Assembly: GCA_009859145.1 (NCBI GenBank)
Contig: VRVR01000021.1
Coordinates: forward strand, 133,507-197,506
Origin: Andalucia godoyi And28
Lineage: Eukaryota; Protista; Jakobida
Direction of reading: 5' to 3'
Length of the DNA: 64,000 nucleotides
Shown here in pieces: positions 31,964-43,029 of the stretch; the first letter of the stretch is position 1; each line of letters starts with the position of its first letter. The translations under genes and the position numbers were made by a program. The notes under the pieces were generated by a model. It saw nothing but the letters and a program-made list of their open reading frames with translations. It was not told the origin of the DNA and did no database searches.

Positions 31964-33451
31964 ATGGACTCCCAAAGAATGGCTCTTGCCACAGTGTCGG
32001 TGTCGCATCGCATGTCCGTTTCTGCTCTTTTGCAATCATCTGAAGGCAGTGAAGTCACTTTGTTTTGTCCTTCTTTGTGTGCCGATCGATGCGAGTCTCC
32101 TTCTCGAACAGGATCGCTTGCATCGACCTCTCCGGACACTGATTTCGAACCTCCCAAATCAATGAAGGGGGATGATGAACCAAGTTCGGTTTCGTGCGGG
32201 TCCAGCGAGAACGATACGGCTGATCCCATCCAGTCCGCGAAGCAACCAGCGGGAAAGAAGCTGTGGACAATGCCCACTTCCTCTGTACCGGGATCCTTTT
32301 TGCCTGCGAAATCGGGCGAGAAGCGAAACCGAGTTCCTAGAGAACTGCAGTGGGCTCAGCGCGAAAGCCGCAAGGTCTCTGAGCACAGGACGTATTCGAA
32401 GCTTGAGAATGTTCCAGTATGGGAAGACGGTAAGCTTCTCCATCCACCTCTTCACTCTGTGGATGTAGAGTATCGTGGGAGGTCTCGCAAACGCCGTCGC
32501 ATTTTCAACTGCGACGAAGAAACAGACAAGCTTTTCAAGATCCACATTGTGAAGAACAGATGTGGGAAATGGACGCAGCTTTCTACGTACATTCAAGAAG
32601 AGCGCAAGAAGCTAAGGGAACTTTTGTGGGGGCGCGTACTGGAAAAAAGAGAAATCGACCAACAGAATGCGTATCCCCAGTCTTTCAAAGGAAGCAGTTT
32701 GGCACCGCTGGTTTCTGCTGAAGTTGGTTCTCCAGGCGCGTCGTCTGCAAATTCTGCTCCTGTGCGTCAGCCGCACACATCAATTCAGTCCTCCTCCTCC
32801 TCCTCCGCCATCTGCCACAGCACAGAAGACAGTGGCAAGGACGGAGGTGGCAAGAAGCGCGGCAAGTCCGTAGAGTACACACCGATGCCAACACAGTCGA
32901 AATTCGAGTCAATTCTGCTTGCTCCCGAAGGACCGGATGCCTTGCAACCGGCAGAGATGCGGCACTATCAGAAGACGCTTCGGAGACCCGACGAAGGGTT
33001 GTACATTGCAAAGTCCACAATTCCAGGCGCTGGGTACGGGCTCTTCTCGCAGGTAGATATTCAGAAGAATGAGATCGTATCCGAGTATACGGGACGGATC
33101 ATGACGGATATCGACTATTCGTTGAGATACCCTGAAAATGACGCAGAGTACGTCATTTCGGTTGGGGAAGATCTCTCGATTGACGGCGACGACCCGTCTG
33201 CGACGACGCTTGCACGATTTGCGAATCATCAGCAAGGAAACAGAGCGAACGCAGGGTACATCATGTCTGGCTGCAAAGTTTTCGTTATTGCGTTCAAATT
33301 CATCAAGCGCGACACGGAAATCTTTACTGACTATGGAAGACAGTTCTGGAGCAATGGGCCGGGAGAAAAGGTGCACCGAACAAGATTCACAGAGCTCACA
33401 GGAAAGCCCGCATCTCCAAAGATCAAAAGCCACTGTGCGGATTCGTCATAG
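31964..33451 (+). CDS. SET-domain lysine methyltransferase with a C-terminal SET domain
   Basis: LYIAKSTIPGAGYGLFS, EYTG, ARFANH and EIFTDYG motifs (about 32996-33350); no Cys-rich pre- or post-SET. Confidence 0.9.
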   Translation: MDSQRMALATVSVSHRMSVSALLQSSEGSEVTLFCPSLCADRCESPSRTGSLASTSPDTDFEPPKSMKGDDEPSSVSCGSSENDTADPIQSAKQPAGKKLWTMPTSSVPGSFLPAKSGEKRNRVPRELQWAQRESRKVSEHRTYSKLENVPVWEDGKLLHPPLHSVDVEYRGRSRKRRRIFNCDEETDKLFKIHIVKNRCGKWTQLSTYIQEERKKLRELLWGRVLEKREIDQQNAYPQSFKGSSLAPLVSAEVGSPGASSANSAPVRQPHTSIQSSSSSSAICHSTEDSGKDGGGKKRGKSVEYTPMPTQSKFESILLAPEGPDALQPAEMRHYQKTLRRPDEGLYIAKSTIPGAGYGLFSQVDIQKNEIVSEYTGRIMTDIDYSLRYPENDAEYVISVGEDLSIDGDDPSATTLARFANHQQGNRANAGYIMSGCKVFVIAFKFIKRDTEIFTDYGRQFWSNGPGEKVHRTRFTELTGKPASPKIKSHCADSS

Positions 33452-34124
33452 GACTCATAGGAAAAAGCGTCGCACGCGCACGCGCGCGCGCTTGTGTGTG
33501 TGAGAGAGAGAACCAGCTGAAGACGAAAGAAAAGAGGGGAGGGGGGAAAAAATCTAGTAGAGTAATAATAGTGCAAGTCTTTATAAATTACAACAATATG
33601 CGCGCTTACATAAAATGCAAACAACCTAAACGGATTCGTTAGAACAGTTCAGCAAACACACAGCATGAAGAATGTCACGCTGCACTACGGAAATACAGAA
33701 AGGCACATAGAAGAGCGAGAAGAGTTTTCAGGAATGCATCATTAACAACTGTTTTCCACAACGTTCCCTTCAAAAGGAACATAGGAGTGGTGCATGACGT
33801 GTCTAATCAATAATCATTGCGATTCTGAAAACACCTTCTTCTGAGCGGGACAAAAACAGCGACCAGAAAATAAACGAGAAACATACAATTTCTATCTTGC
33901 AGGACGTTCCATTTCAAGATAAAGCTGCATCAATTAAAGAAAGAGCGAAGAGAAAGAGCGAAGAGAAAGAGCGAAGAGAAAGAGAGAAGAGAAAAGAAAG
34001 ACGCGAAAGACGGAAAAGAGGGGCAGAGCGCAATGAAATTCGCGGGCTCGGGCAAAGACCGACCAGAGTACGACAGCAGTTGGATGCAAAGTGGATATCA
34101 AAGGACTGCAAAAGCCGAGAATCA

Positions 34125-35389
34125 TCACGATTGGACAGAAACCACATGCAGGAACAAGTGGACAGATTTCCCGAATTTTTCCGTCATAACGGCCTGGGCG
34201 TGCTTGCGAACCCATGAAATCACACTCGCCTCATCACCAATGACGATCTTCTTCATGTTTAAATCGGGAACAACCACATCGGCATCGATTCGCAGGTCTC
34301 CATTCCGAAATGGTGTCCAACCGCGGATGGAGACAGAGACCGAGTAAGGAACTTCTTGGTTCAGCCTCAAAAAGACACCTTCTCGAATAGCCTCTGTTGC
34401 GAACTTGACCACTGGCGCATCCGACCTGACTCCTGGAGGATAGATCCATGTGCCGGGCTGCGCCTTTCTCTTGAGAAAGGCCTTCAGGTCTTCGATACCC
34501 TGATTCTTCTGCGCAGAGACCATGAACACTTCCGAGCAGTTTTCCACAACCTTCCGGAGCTGATCAATTATGGGTAACAGCTTTCGATGGTCTTTCACAA
34601 GATCAATCTTGTTCAGCACCAGAGCGGTGGTCTCGGCTTTCTCACTCAGTTCTCGCATGAGCTTATCATTCGAAGGCATGTGATCCAACGGCTTTGAAGC
34701 ATCGACAACAACAATGCCCAACTGAGCTTCCAAAATAGAAGAATACGCAATCTCCACAAGCGGCTGGAGCGACAATGCTGACCGCTCCGAAGCAGGAAGG
34801 ACTCCGGGCGTATCGAAAAACACAATCTGGGTGTCATCCTCAGTCCACATCCCACGAACACGTTCTCTCGTAGTCTGTGCTTTCGGAGAAACAATCGACA
34901 CCTTTTCTCCAATAATACGGTTCAACAGTGTCGATTTCCCAACATTCGGATAGCCCGTGATGGAGACTGTCAGACTCTTCGCATTTGGAGGAGATTCCGG
35001 AATCTGAAAAGAAAACGTCTTTACTTGCTCATCTGGTGGCAAGGACGAATCGCAGCAACAGGAACAACAGGAACAACAGGAACAACAGGAACAACAGGAA
35101 CAACAGTTATGATAGCAAACAGCAAACATGAGTATACATTCAATAAAATACGTACTCTTATGGATAGGATCTCGAAAAAGCTATTAGAAAATTGCATACT
35201 TGGTTCCTCAATATCAATCTGCGTTCGTTTTCGCTGTTTCGTTTTCGTTTTCGTTTTCGGATCTGGAATGACAACGGCGACCGGTTTATCAGCTATTGGT
35301 GCCTCTTTCAAGAATAATCTAGACTTTCCAGAAGCAGATGACCGACTTGCGAAATGAATTCCACGAGCACATATCCGGATCATCATCAT
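34125..35389 (-). CDS. era: Era-family GTPase (ERAL1-like, mitochondrial ribosome assembly); two exons (35389-35200, 35032-34125)
   Basis: GYPNVGKSTLLN, VSIVSPKAQTTR, DTPG, LNKID, VSA and QEVPY motifs plus KH domain; spliced exon 1 gives an Arg/Ser-rich presequence-like N-terminus. Confidence 0.93.
35033..35199 (-). other. Spliceosomal intron, 167 nt, phase 1, containing a (TGTTGTTCC)5 repeat
   Basis: GTATGC donor and CACCAG acceptor; the join gives ...IEEPNEQVKTF... in frame. Confidence 0.85.
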
Positions 35390-35695
35390 CACAACCACAA
35401 CCACGACCACGACTACTATTACTATTAAGAGATACGTTCTTGTGAGGAAAAACTCGCTCAACTAAAAAACCATTTCGCTATTCCTAAACACTCCCGAAAA
35501 AAATCCAAAAATTTGAGGAGCCTCAATGAACTCAACCTGCTTGAAACGGGCACTCGACACTTGGCTTTCCCCGCCAAATTCCATTCTTCTCTTTCCTTTC
35601 CTTTCTTATCCGTCTTTTTTACACACTCTCTTTTAAGATTAAAATTAAACGTTTATATAGCTGCCCTTCCCACGACGCGAAAGAATTGAAAAAAT

Positions 35696-37066
35696 ATGCC
35701 TCGGCAACAGTCTTCTGGTTCCGCTCCAAAAGGACTGCTATTTTCTGGAATTGCAGTGTTTTTTAGTTCGGATGTTCCGCATGAAATCATCGAGGTGTTT
35801 CGACAGAACGGCGGTCAGTCTGCGAAAGGCGGGAAATTCGCATCGTTTGTCGTGTCTTCGAATGCAAATGATCAAACTGTCCGAGCGATGATGTCTTCTC
35901 GTCGACCGCAGATCGTCGTCCTACCAGCTTGGATTGAGAAATGCTTGCTCGTCAGCACACTTGTTCCGCTTTCGACATTCATTCTCCCACTTGTCGCCAC
36001 AGCCGCGACAACTTCCGCGAGTTCCAGCTCGACGATCGCGACGCCTGTTGCATCCAGTTCAAGCACAAAGCCGCCAAATGCCACAAAGACTCCAGTGAAA
36101 CAGGTTGTAGGCACGGAGGTCAGCAAATCGCCCTACAATCGAGCAATCGGCGAGCCTTCCGTGGACAGTGCTGCTGTTTATCAGCGAGAGGCTGCTGGTA
36201 TGGAGCCGAAAGAATCGAGGAAGCGCTCCGTTCGGTCCGTCGTGCGAGCTGCAGAAAGTAGCAAGAATGACAATCGCAATCAGGACAATGATGACGACGA
36301 TGGCGACGATGACGACGACGATCGTGATGTTCGTGATGTTCGTGATGAGAACGGTGACGACGACGATGGAAATGGTGTCCAAAGCCCAGAAAAATTAGTA
36401 GAAGATGGAAGAAGAGGTCGAAAGATTCGGAGAAGACTCATTGACGAGACTCCCTCTGCGAGTCAGCAGCAAGTCGCAAATGTTCTAGCGTCGCTCGCAA
36501 CGCAGGAGATTGCAGAGAACATAGAAGAATCGCAAACACAGGTGGATGCCAGCCTGCGGCCGCGGATTGGAACTTCGCCAATTGCTCGTCACTCGCCAGC
36601 TCACTCGGTGCAGAGAATTCAACGGCACTCGCTTTTGGAGTCATCGACCTCTCGCTCATTGTATGAGAATATCCCGCCGTATGCGAATGGCCGAGCATCA
36701 CCAATTTTGGCCTCGGCGGACCACAATCGATCAGCATACACGCTGAGTACGTCGATGGGTCTTGGAGCGAGCAGTTCCAGTGCGAACGGACCGAGGGCAG
36801 CGCCTTCCATCTTCCAAATGACTAAGAGTCTTTCATCGGGAGCTTTCCTGGCAGTTCCTCGCACCATGTCGTCGATTTTGCGCCCTGCTGCTCTTCCTGT
36901 TCCGGGAGCAAACACCAAGTCGAATACTCCGTCGTCGCAGTTGTTTGCATTTGCTTCTGCTTTAGGTGGCTCCCGATTTAGCGCACCCATTCCTGTTCCG
37001 CTGGTTCCAAATCCTCTTGCTTTCACCAGAATGCCAGCTGTTACCGCGGTTTTCCAAAAAAGATGA
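35696..37066 (+). CDS. N-terminal BRCT-domain protein with a disordered C-terminus
   Basis: LLFSGIAVFFS...FRQNGG...VVLPAWIEKCL shows the BRCT GG and W-x3-C signature. Confidence 0.78.
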   Translation: MPRQQSSGSAPKGLLFSGIAVFFSSDVPHEIIEVFRQNGGQSAKGGKFASFVVSSNANDQTVRAMMSSRRPQIVVLPAWIEKCLLVSTLVPLSTFILPLVATAATTSASSSSTIATPVASSSSTKPPNATKTPVKQVVGTEVSKSPYNRAIGEPSVDSAAVYQREAAGMEPKESRKRSVRSVVRAAESSKNDNRNQDNDDDDGDDDDDDRDVRDVRDENGDDDDGNGVQSPEKLVEDGRRGRKIRRRLIDETPSASQQQVANVLASLATQEIAENIEESQTQVDASLRPRIGTSPIARHSPAHSVQRIQRHSLLESSTSRSLYENIPPYANGRASPILASADHNRSAYTLSTSMGLGASSSSANGPRAAPSIFQMTKSLSSGAFLAVPRTMSSILRPAALPVPGANTKSNTPSSQLFAFASALGGSRFSAPIPVPLVPNPLAFTRMPAVTAVFQKR

Positions 37067-37267
37067 ATGATCTTTTTTTTTTTTTGTTGTTGCCCCACCC
37101 ACGCACTGCATGTCGCAGGCGGCGAATCTGGATGTATTGCCAATTTCTTTTCGGATCATTTACTGTACAAATGCAAATCAAGACAATAATAAAGAACAAC
37201 AAACGAACGCCATTCTTGATGATAATGTTAAATTGCGCAGAGCGATCCGCTTAACCTGCCCTACCGA

Positions 37268-38173
37268 CTATGGTTGCTGTGATTGTCGCTGCTGCTGCTG
37301 CAGTTGCTGTGCATTCACACGCTGCGCAATGGCCTGGAGTTGTGATTCCAGATTCTGGGAAATCTTCTTATCGGAGATTGTGAACTTCTGATACTTGTCA
37401 TACGGCGACGGCTTATAATCCTGGAGCAACTGATGGATCTTTTGTTGAGGGGTTTTTGGCCCTCTGGAAGTCATGCCTCCCATCTTTTGCGCATTGGTGT
37501 GTGGTGTCGCGGGAGCATTTGTCCGGAGCGACGCATATGTGTACTTGTGTAGTCCAGCATAGTACGAGATCTTCTTCTGATCCTCACTCGGCCCCTTCTT
37601 TGTGCTTTTCAGGTCAGAAGTAGAGGAAAGAGTCGTACTGGATCCATGCTCAGACACAACCGACGAAGATGGCTTCTCTGGTGGGGTTTCCAGAACGGAC
37701 GAAAACCGAACCCGGCGCGGCGTTTCTCCATCGCTTATTCCCACGACGTCATCTTCTTCTCCTGCGCCCTCATCACGATCGCCATCCACTCCTTGTTCCA
37801 TGAAATTCGGATCATTATTCTTTTGAATTGTGTCACCATGAAGTGCGTCATCCAGCAACTGATGCAACCGCTCCTCGGATTCGTCGCCATCTTCCAACGG
37901 AGAGGGCTCAAGGTCCTGGTACTCCTCATTATTCGTGTCTTCTGACAAATGATCCTGAACTGAATCTGTCTCTGTGTTCGTTTCAGACGTTTCTCTATAT
38001 TTCAAAAGATACAGAAACTTCAATCTCCTAACAGTCTTTAGTAGCTCATGGAACTCAATCATTCGACCACGCGCATTCACGACTCTGCGTCCGCGATGGC
38101 GCAGATCACGCAACGACATTTCTTCAGTTCCGTCCGCTGGCTTCACTGCTGGACCCGCGGTCGCAACAGACAT
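37268..38173 (-). CDS. Hypothetical protein (301 aa), acidic middle and Gln-rich end
   Basis: ATG-to-stop ORF; no family recognised. Confidence 0.72.
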   Translation of the reverse strand: MSVATAGPAVKPADGTEEMSLRDLRHRGRRVVNARGRMIEFHELLKTVRRLKFLYLLKYRETSETNTETDSVQDHLSEDTNNEEYQDLEPSPLEDGDESEERLHQLLDDALHGDTIQKNNDPNFMEQGVDGDRDEGAGEEDDVVGISDGETPRRVRFSSVLETPPEKPSSSVVSEHGSSTTLSSTSDLKSTKKGPSEDQKKISYYAGLHKYTYASLRTNAPATPHTNAQKMGGMTSRGPKTPQQKIHQLLQDYKPSPYDKYQKFTISDKKISQNLESQLQAIAQRVNAQQLQQQQRQSQQP

Positions 38174-38595
38174 GATGAATCAATTACCTCGAGGTCCGTT
38201 CCACCAGAAACCAAAAATTCGAGAAGAATTCGAAAAGAAGAAGAAACTGCTGGAGCTTGAACAACAAATCCCACAACAAAAAATCAAAAACGACGTCGGG
38301 GGGTTCGTAGTCAAGACGTTGGTGGATGCTGCTGCTGCATCATTTGATGCTTCCGTCCTCCACGCTTCGCCATGCGTATTTCCCCGCAGTCCCCGCCATC
38401 AATTCTGCCGTCCGACACGAAAAGACTCACATCGCAAATCGGCATGTACGACATTATAGAGAGACGTCTGCCTTGATGTCGCTTTTCTTTTCATTTCCCC
38501 ATGTTTCTTTAATTAAAAAAATATTTCGTTGGCAAAATTTACCCTCCCAAGACGGGGAAAGATAAAAAAAAAGGAAGGAGAAGAAGGAAGAGAAG

Positions 38596-41500
38596 ATGTT
38601 TCGCAACGACAGCATGTTTTCTCCGACTCAGGGAACACAAGAAGCGATCATATTCTGTCATGATTCAGAGAAACTGAAGCAGGAGTTGCTGCAGCGCGCT
38701 CTTGATATTTCTCCTCCAACTCTGGCTCGACTTAATCAAAAGACGTCTTGCATCGGAACCGACGACAAATCGTCTCCAATTCGACCGCTTCTTCTGGAAC
38801 TGCTGGTTTCGCCTGACTCGCCGCACAAGCTGCACAGTTGTGATCCGCATGTTGCAAGCCAACATGAAAAACAGCCATTCCCACAGCAGCAACAAGTACA
38901 CCAGCAGAAAGTGGAACAGGAACACAGGAACAGGAACAGGGGCAGCAGAGACAGCAACATCGAGAGGACGATCAGGATCCCGGAAGACAGAATCCAGGTC
39001 CCGATGATGAAAAAACGGATGAAACGGATGACGGCCCGCATTCAAAAAGGAGAAAGCTATTCAGCTCCAGTTCGTCTTCAGGAAGGCCGTCGATTGATCC
39101 GAAGAGCTTGGCGGATCTTTCGAGGATCTTGTCGGAATGCCAGGCAAAGAGGGACGGCCGGTATAAGAGATATTTGGTGTTGGAAGTATCTGGGCATGTG
39201 CCAATCTCTGGTAGCAGCAGTACATCGAAAAGAGAGAGTATTTTGAGACTTTGGGACGAACAGTACAAGAAGGAGAAGACTCTGAAGCTGAGAGACTCGT
39301 GGATTTCCACTGCTGTCCAAGTAGGTGATCGTGTTCACGTTTCTTTTGATCCGGCTTCGAGCGCAGAAGAGCCGGAAACAGTGTTGGATCACGCGGCAAA
39401 GCATTTGATTGTCACGCAACCAGATTTGCTCCTGAGCGGTTCTAGGGTATCCGAGACACCAATGTGTCCACGTCGAGCAGTGTTAAATGAAAAATTCCGC
39501 GTGCGTCTGTCGATTCCGACCACTGAAGGAATTCGAGAACAAGAGGAGCAGAATACCGAAAAATTGTTCTTTTACGGACATATGGTCCACTCCTTGTTTC
39601 AATGCTGCTTGCGGTTGAAGCGATGGGATCTAGCCTTCTTGAAAAATGCAGCAGCAGTATATCTTGCAGGGGAAGACATCGTTGAGTCGATGCAATTGAT
39701 CGGGTTGACTTACGATGCTGTGTTTCAGTGCATGGAGACAGATAACCACTGGAAATCGATTCAGCAATTTTGCAACTCCTTCGTTTCTGGATCATCTCCA
39801 TTTGACTTTTATGATCAGCAACAGAAGAAATCTTCCTCCACCAAGATGCGCATTCAAGAGGTTTTGGACGTTGAGGAGTGCATGTGGAACCCGAGGATCG
39901 GAGTCAAGGGAAAGATTGATGCCTCGTTGCAAATTCAGATCACAGGTTCAGCCGCCGGCACTGAATTTCATGTGGCTCCTTTCGAAATCAAAACTGGATT
40001 TAACGAGTCGCACAAGGGTTCCTCGATCCACAGAGCACAGGTTATGTTGTACGCTCTCATGATGTCTGATCGACGAGCGGTCCCCGTGTCTTCCTTGCGC
40101 GGTCTTTTGTATTATATGAAGTCGAACAAGCTACATTCTGTGAATGTCCCCTGGAATGAAGTTCGATCCCTCATGCAGCTTCGCAATTCGCTTGCAAGGA
40201 CACTCGAATCCATATCTGCCGAGCCACCCTTTCTGAAGTTCGGTGAAATGCTTGGGAACTGGAATGTTTGTGGCAAATGTTATCAGCTGGCCACGTGTCT
40301 GACAGTCGGAAAAGTATCAGAAGGGGGCTTGCCGCGGAATTCGCAGATTCCTGAAAATGTATGGCACAGCGTTACCCGACACTTGTCAAAGTCTCATTCC
40401 GGGTTTTTCACGCGCTTCTTTCGAATGGTGGAAATTGAAGAGCGATCCGTAGCGACTCTTCGGCGACACATGTGGACGTCTTCTTCTCAAGAGCGTGAAG
40501 CGATTCAAGGAAAGTGCATTGGGTCTCTGGTTCTCGTGCACTTGCGGACTGTGCGCTCAAAGGAAGAACTGGTCGAAGCGGTCAAGAATGTTCTGCGGAT
40601 TGCCTCCGCCCACGGGTTCTCGTCTGTCGACTCCCAAGCGAGTGCAGCAGCCGGTGCAGCGAGTATGATTTCGTGTCGTGCAGAAGACAAGGAAAATTTT
40701 CTTCCAGAAGACGAACTGGCTTGTCAAGTGGAGCAAATAGCTGCGAGTCTCCCCTCAGCCTCTCGAATCATCACGTTTAGAAGGCATGATGGGGCACCAT
40801 CAGTTTCAGTGACGTCGCCCGTGCGTGTGGGTGATCACGTGGTCTTGTCAACGGAGGACGGTGACTGCGGAGTTGCTGTGGGTTATGTTGTGCACGTCGA
40901 CTCCCGTTCTCTATCGATGGTGTCCCATGATTCTCCGGCAAGTCTTGCCAAGGATTCTGGTTCAGTCTCTGAGGATTCCAACGGAGCTTCAAAGCCAGTG
41001 CGGCTTTTTCGAGTTGACGGAGATGAGTCGATCGCATCATTTCAAGTTGCACGGGATAATCTATTGCAACTCATGGATGCTCGTTCAGAATCATCGAAGC
41101 GCCTGCGTGACTTAATTGTGGATCTGCAGACGCCGCATTTTCTACCTTGCAACACAGAATGCTCCCGTCATGTTGTTCCGTTGGATCTGGAAGGGCTCAA
41201 GCGGCATCTCAATCTGGACCAGATCCAAGCCATTCTCCACGTTTTGCGTGCGAATGACTACTCCCTCATTCTTGGAATGCCCGGCACAGGCAAAACGACG
41301 ACTCTGGCTCATCTTATTGCCATTCTCGCCAAGTCTGGAAAGTCTGTTCTTCTATGCTCGTATACGCACTCTGCAGTAGACGCCGTGCTGATGAAACTGG
41401 TGGATTTGTGGCCAGAATTTGTTCGTGTTGGTCATGCTCGGTATGCTCTCTTTGCGTTCTCTTTCTGTCGATGCTTCTGTTTTATTTTTCAGAACACTAA

Positions 41501-42904
41501 CTTCTTCTATTTTCTTTCTTTCTTTCTTCTTCTTTTTTTTGATTGCTTCTGCAATCCACAAGCTCTCATACCAACGAGCACCTGCATCCAGCCATCGCGT
41601 CTCGAACGGTGGATTCCTTGATGACCGCAGAACCCACGTTGTCTTTGCGAGAGATCGTCCATCGACACAAAGTTTTCGCTGCGACTGCTCTGTCTGCTAC
41701 GTTACAGGGACACCCGCTGTTTTCAGCGTGTGGCAGCGGGTCTGGTGGACAATTTTTTGATGTGTGCATCGTTGATGAAGCCTCTCAAGTTACGCTTCCC
41801 GTCGTTCTTGGACCCTTGCTGCTTTCCCGCAAGTTTGTTTTAGTCGGAGACCACTACCAGCTTCCCCCAGTGGTACGTTCTCCTGTGGCGGCGGAAATGG
41901 GACTGGATGACTCCTTGTTCAATCAGCTCGCCCAGGCTCACCCAAACGCTTGTGTTTCCCTCACGCTACAGTATCGGATGAATTCAGACTGTTTGGAGCT
42001 GGCAAATCGGTTAGTGTACTCTGGGAAGCTGAAATGCGGTGGGTCATTGGTTTCAGAAAGACGCCTGGTGCTTCCTCACAGCCGCTCTCCTCAGTCAAGA
42101 TTTTCACGGACCCTCAAGGACTGCCCGGAATGGTTCCGTCGAGTGGTCAGTTCGGACCAGTCCGTGATATGGGTGGATTGTCCGTCCTCCGAGACAGTAT
42201 CTTCGCAAGGTGTGGTGAACCAAACCGAGGCAAATCTTGTTGCAGAAATTGTTGCGGCGCTTGTTCTCGGAGGTTTATCGCATGACAGCATTGGAATCAT
42301 AACGCCACTGCTGAGTCAGTCCCGTCTTGTGCGGGAATCTCTTGGGTGCCTGCCGTTTCTTGGAAAACAAACCATGAACTTCAAACCGACTTCCTGGGAA
42401 AATCTTCGTAGCAAAGAGGCCGATTCTTTCTTGAGCAGTTCAGCAGACTCCGCGTGGGCTGCAACGGACGCTGCAGATGAAATTGAACGTGCGCCGTTTG
42501 TTGCTGGCTCGACGGGCATGTCCATCGAAGTTCATACCATTGACAAATATCAAGGGAGGGACAAGGAATGCGTTATCGTATCGCTTGTGCGTTCGAATTC
42601 AGAGGAGAGAATTGGCGACCTGCTGCGGGATTGGAGACGCATGAATGTTGCTCTCACTCGATCTAAGTCCAAACTTATCATTATCGGAAACGCCGCAACG
42701 TTTGCAATGCAGCCACCCTGGCAGCAAGTTCTGCGGATCGTTCGAGAGAAGAATTGGGTCGTGCAAGTTCCGTCAGAGAAGGAGGTTGACGGCGGGTTGG
42801 ACCGCTGGACATCCATGTTGTCGGAAGAGGCTTTGGAGCACGCCAATCTTGTGGATCTGGACTCTTCTGATCTTGACATTAGTTCTGACTTTGCGCCACT
42901 GTGA
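38596..42904 (+). CDS. DNA2: DNA2 nuclease/helicase; apparent -1 frameshift near 38924 and one intron (41441-41562)
   Basis: Fe-S cysteines (CPRRAVL, CGKCYQLATC); nuclease GKIDA...EIKTG; helicase GMPGTGKT, DEASQ, VGDHYQLPP, QYRMN, TIDKYQGRDK and RRMNVALTRSK. Confidence 0.95.
41441..41562 (+). other. Spliceosomal intron, 122 nt, phase 2
   Basis: GTATGC donor, CACTAAC branch point, long polypyrimidine tract, CACAAG acceptor; joins the two DNA2 ORFs in frame (GHAR-SHTNE). Confidence 0.88.
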
Positions 42905-43029
42905 AAACAATAACCGTGCAAACAAGCAGTCGGACAATCAGGCAAACATCAACATTATTTATAAACGGACGCCTGTTTTTGCATAATACACACACGAGAT
43001 CCCCCAAATGTCGCGCCACATCGACCGAG

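Noticed and set aside
35059-35106. 9-bp direct repeats (AGGAACAAC) as a CRISPR-like or coding repeat
   Set aside because: A pure tandem repeat without spacers, located inside the Era intron; no cas genes
38911-38927. 17-nt GT...AG micro-intron that would repair the DNA2 frame
   Set aside because: No GTATG donor, branch point or pyrimidine tract, and far shorter than the 61-167 nt introns seen here
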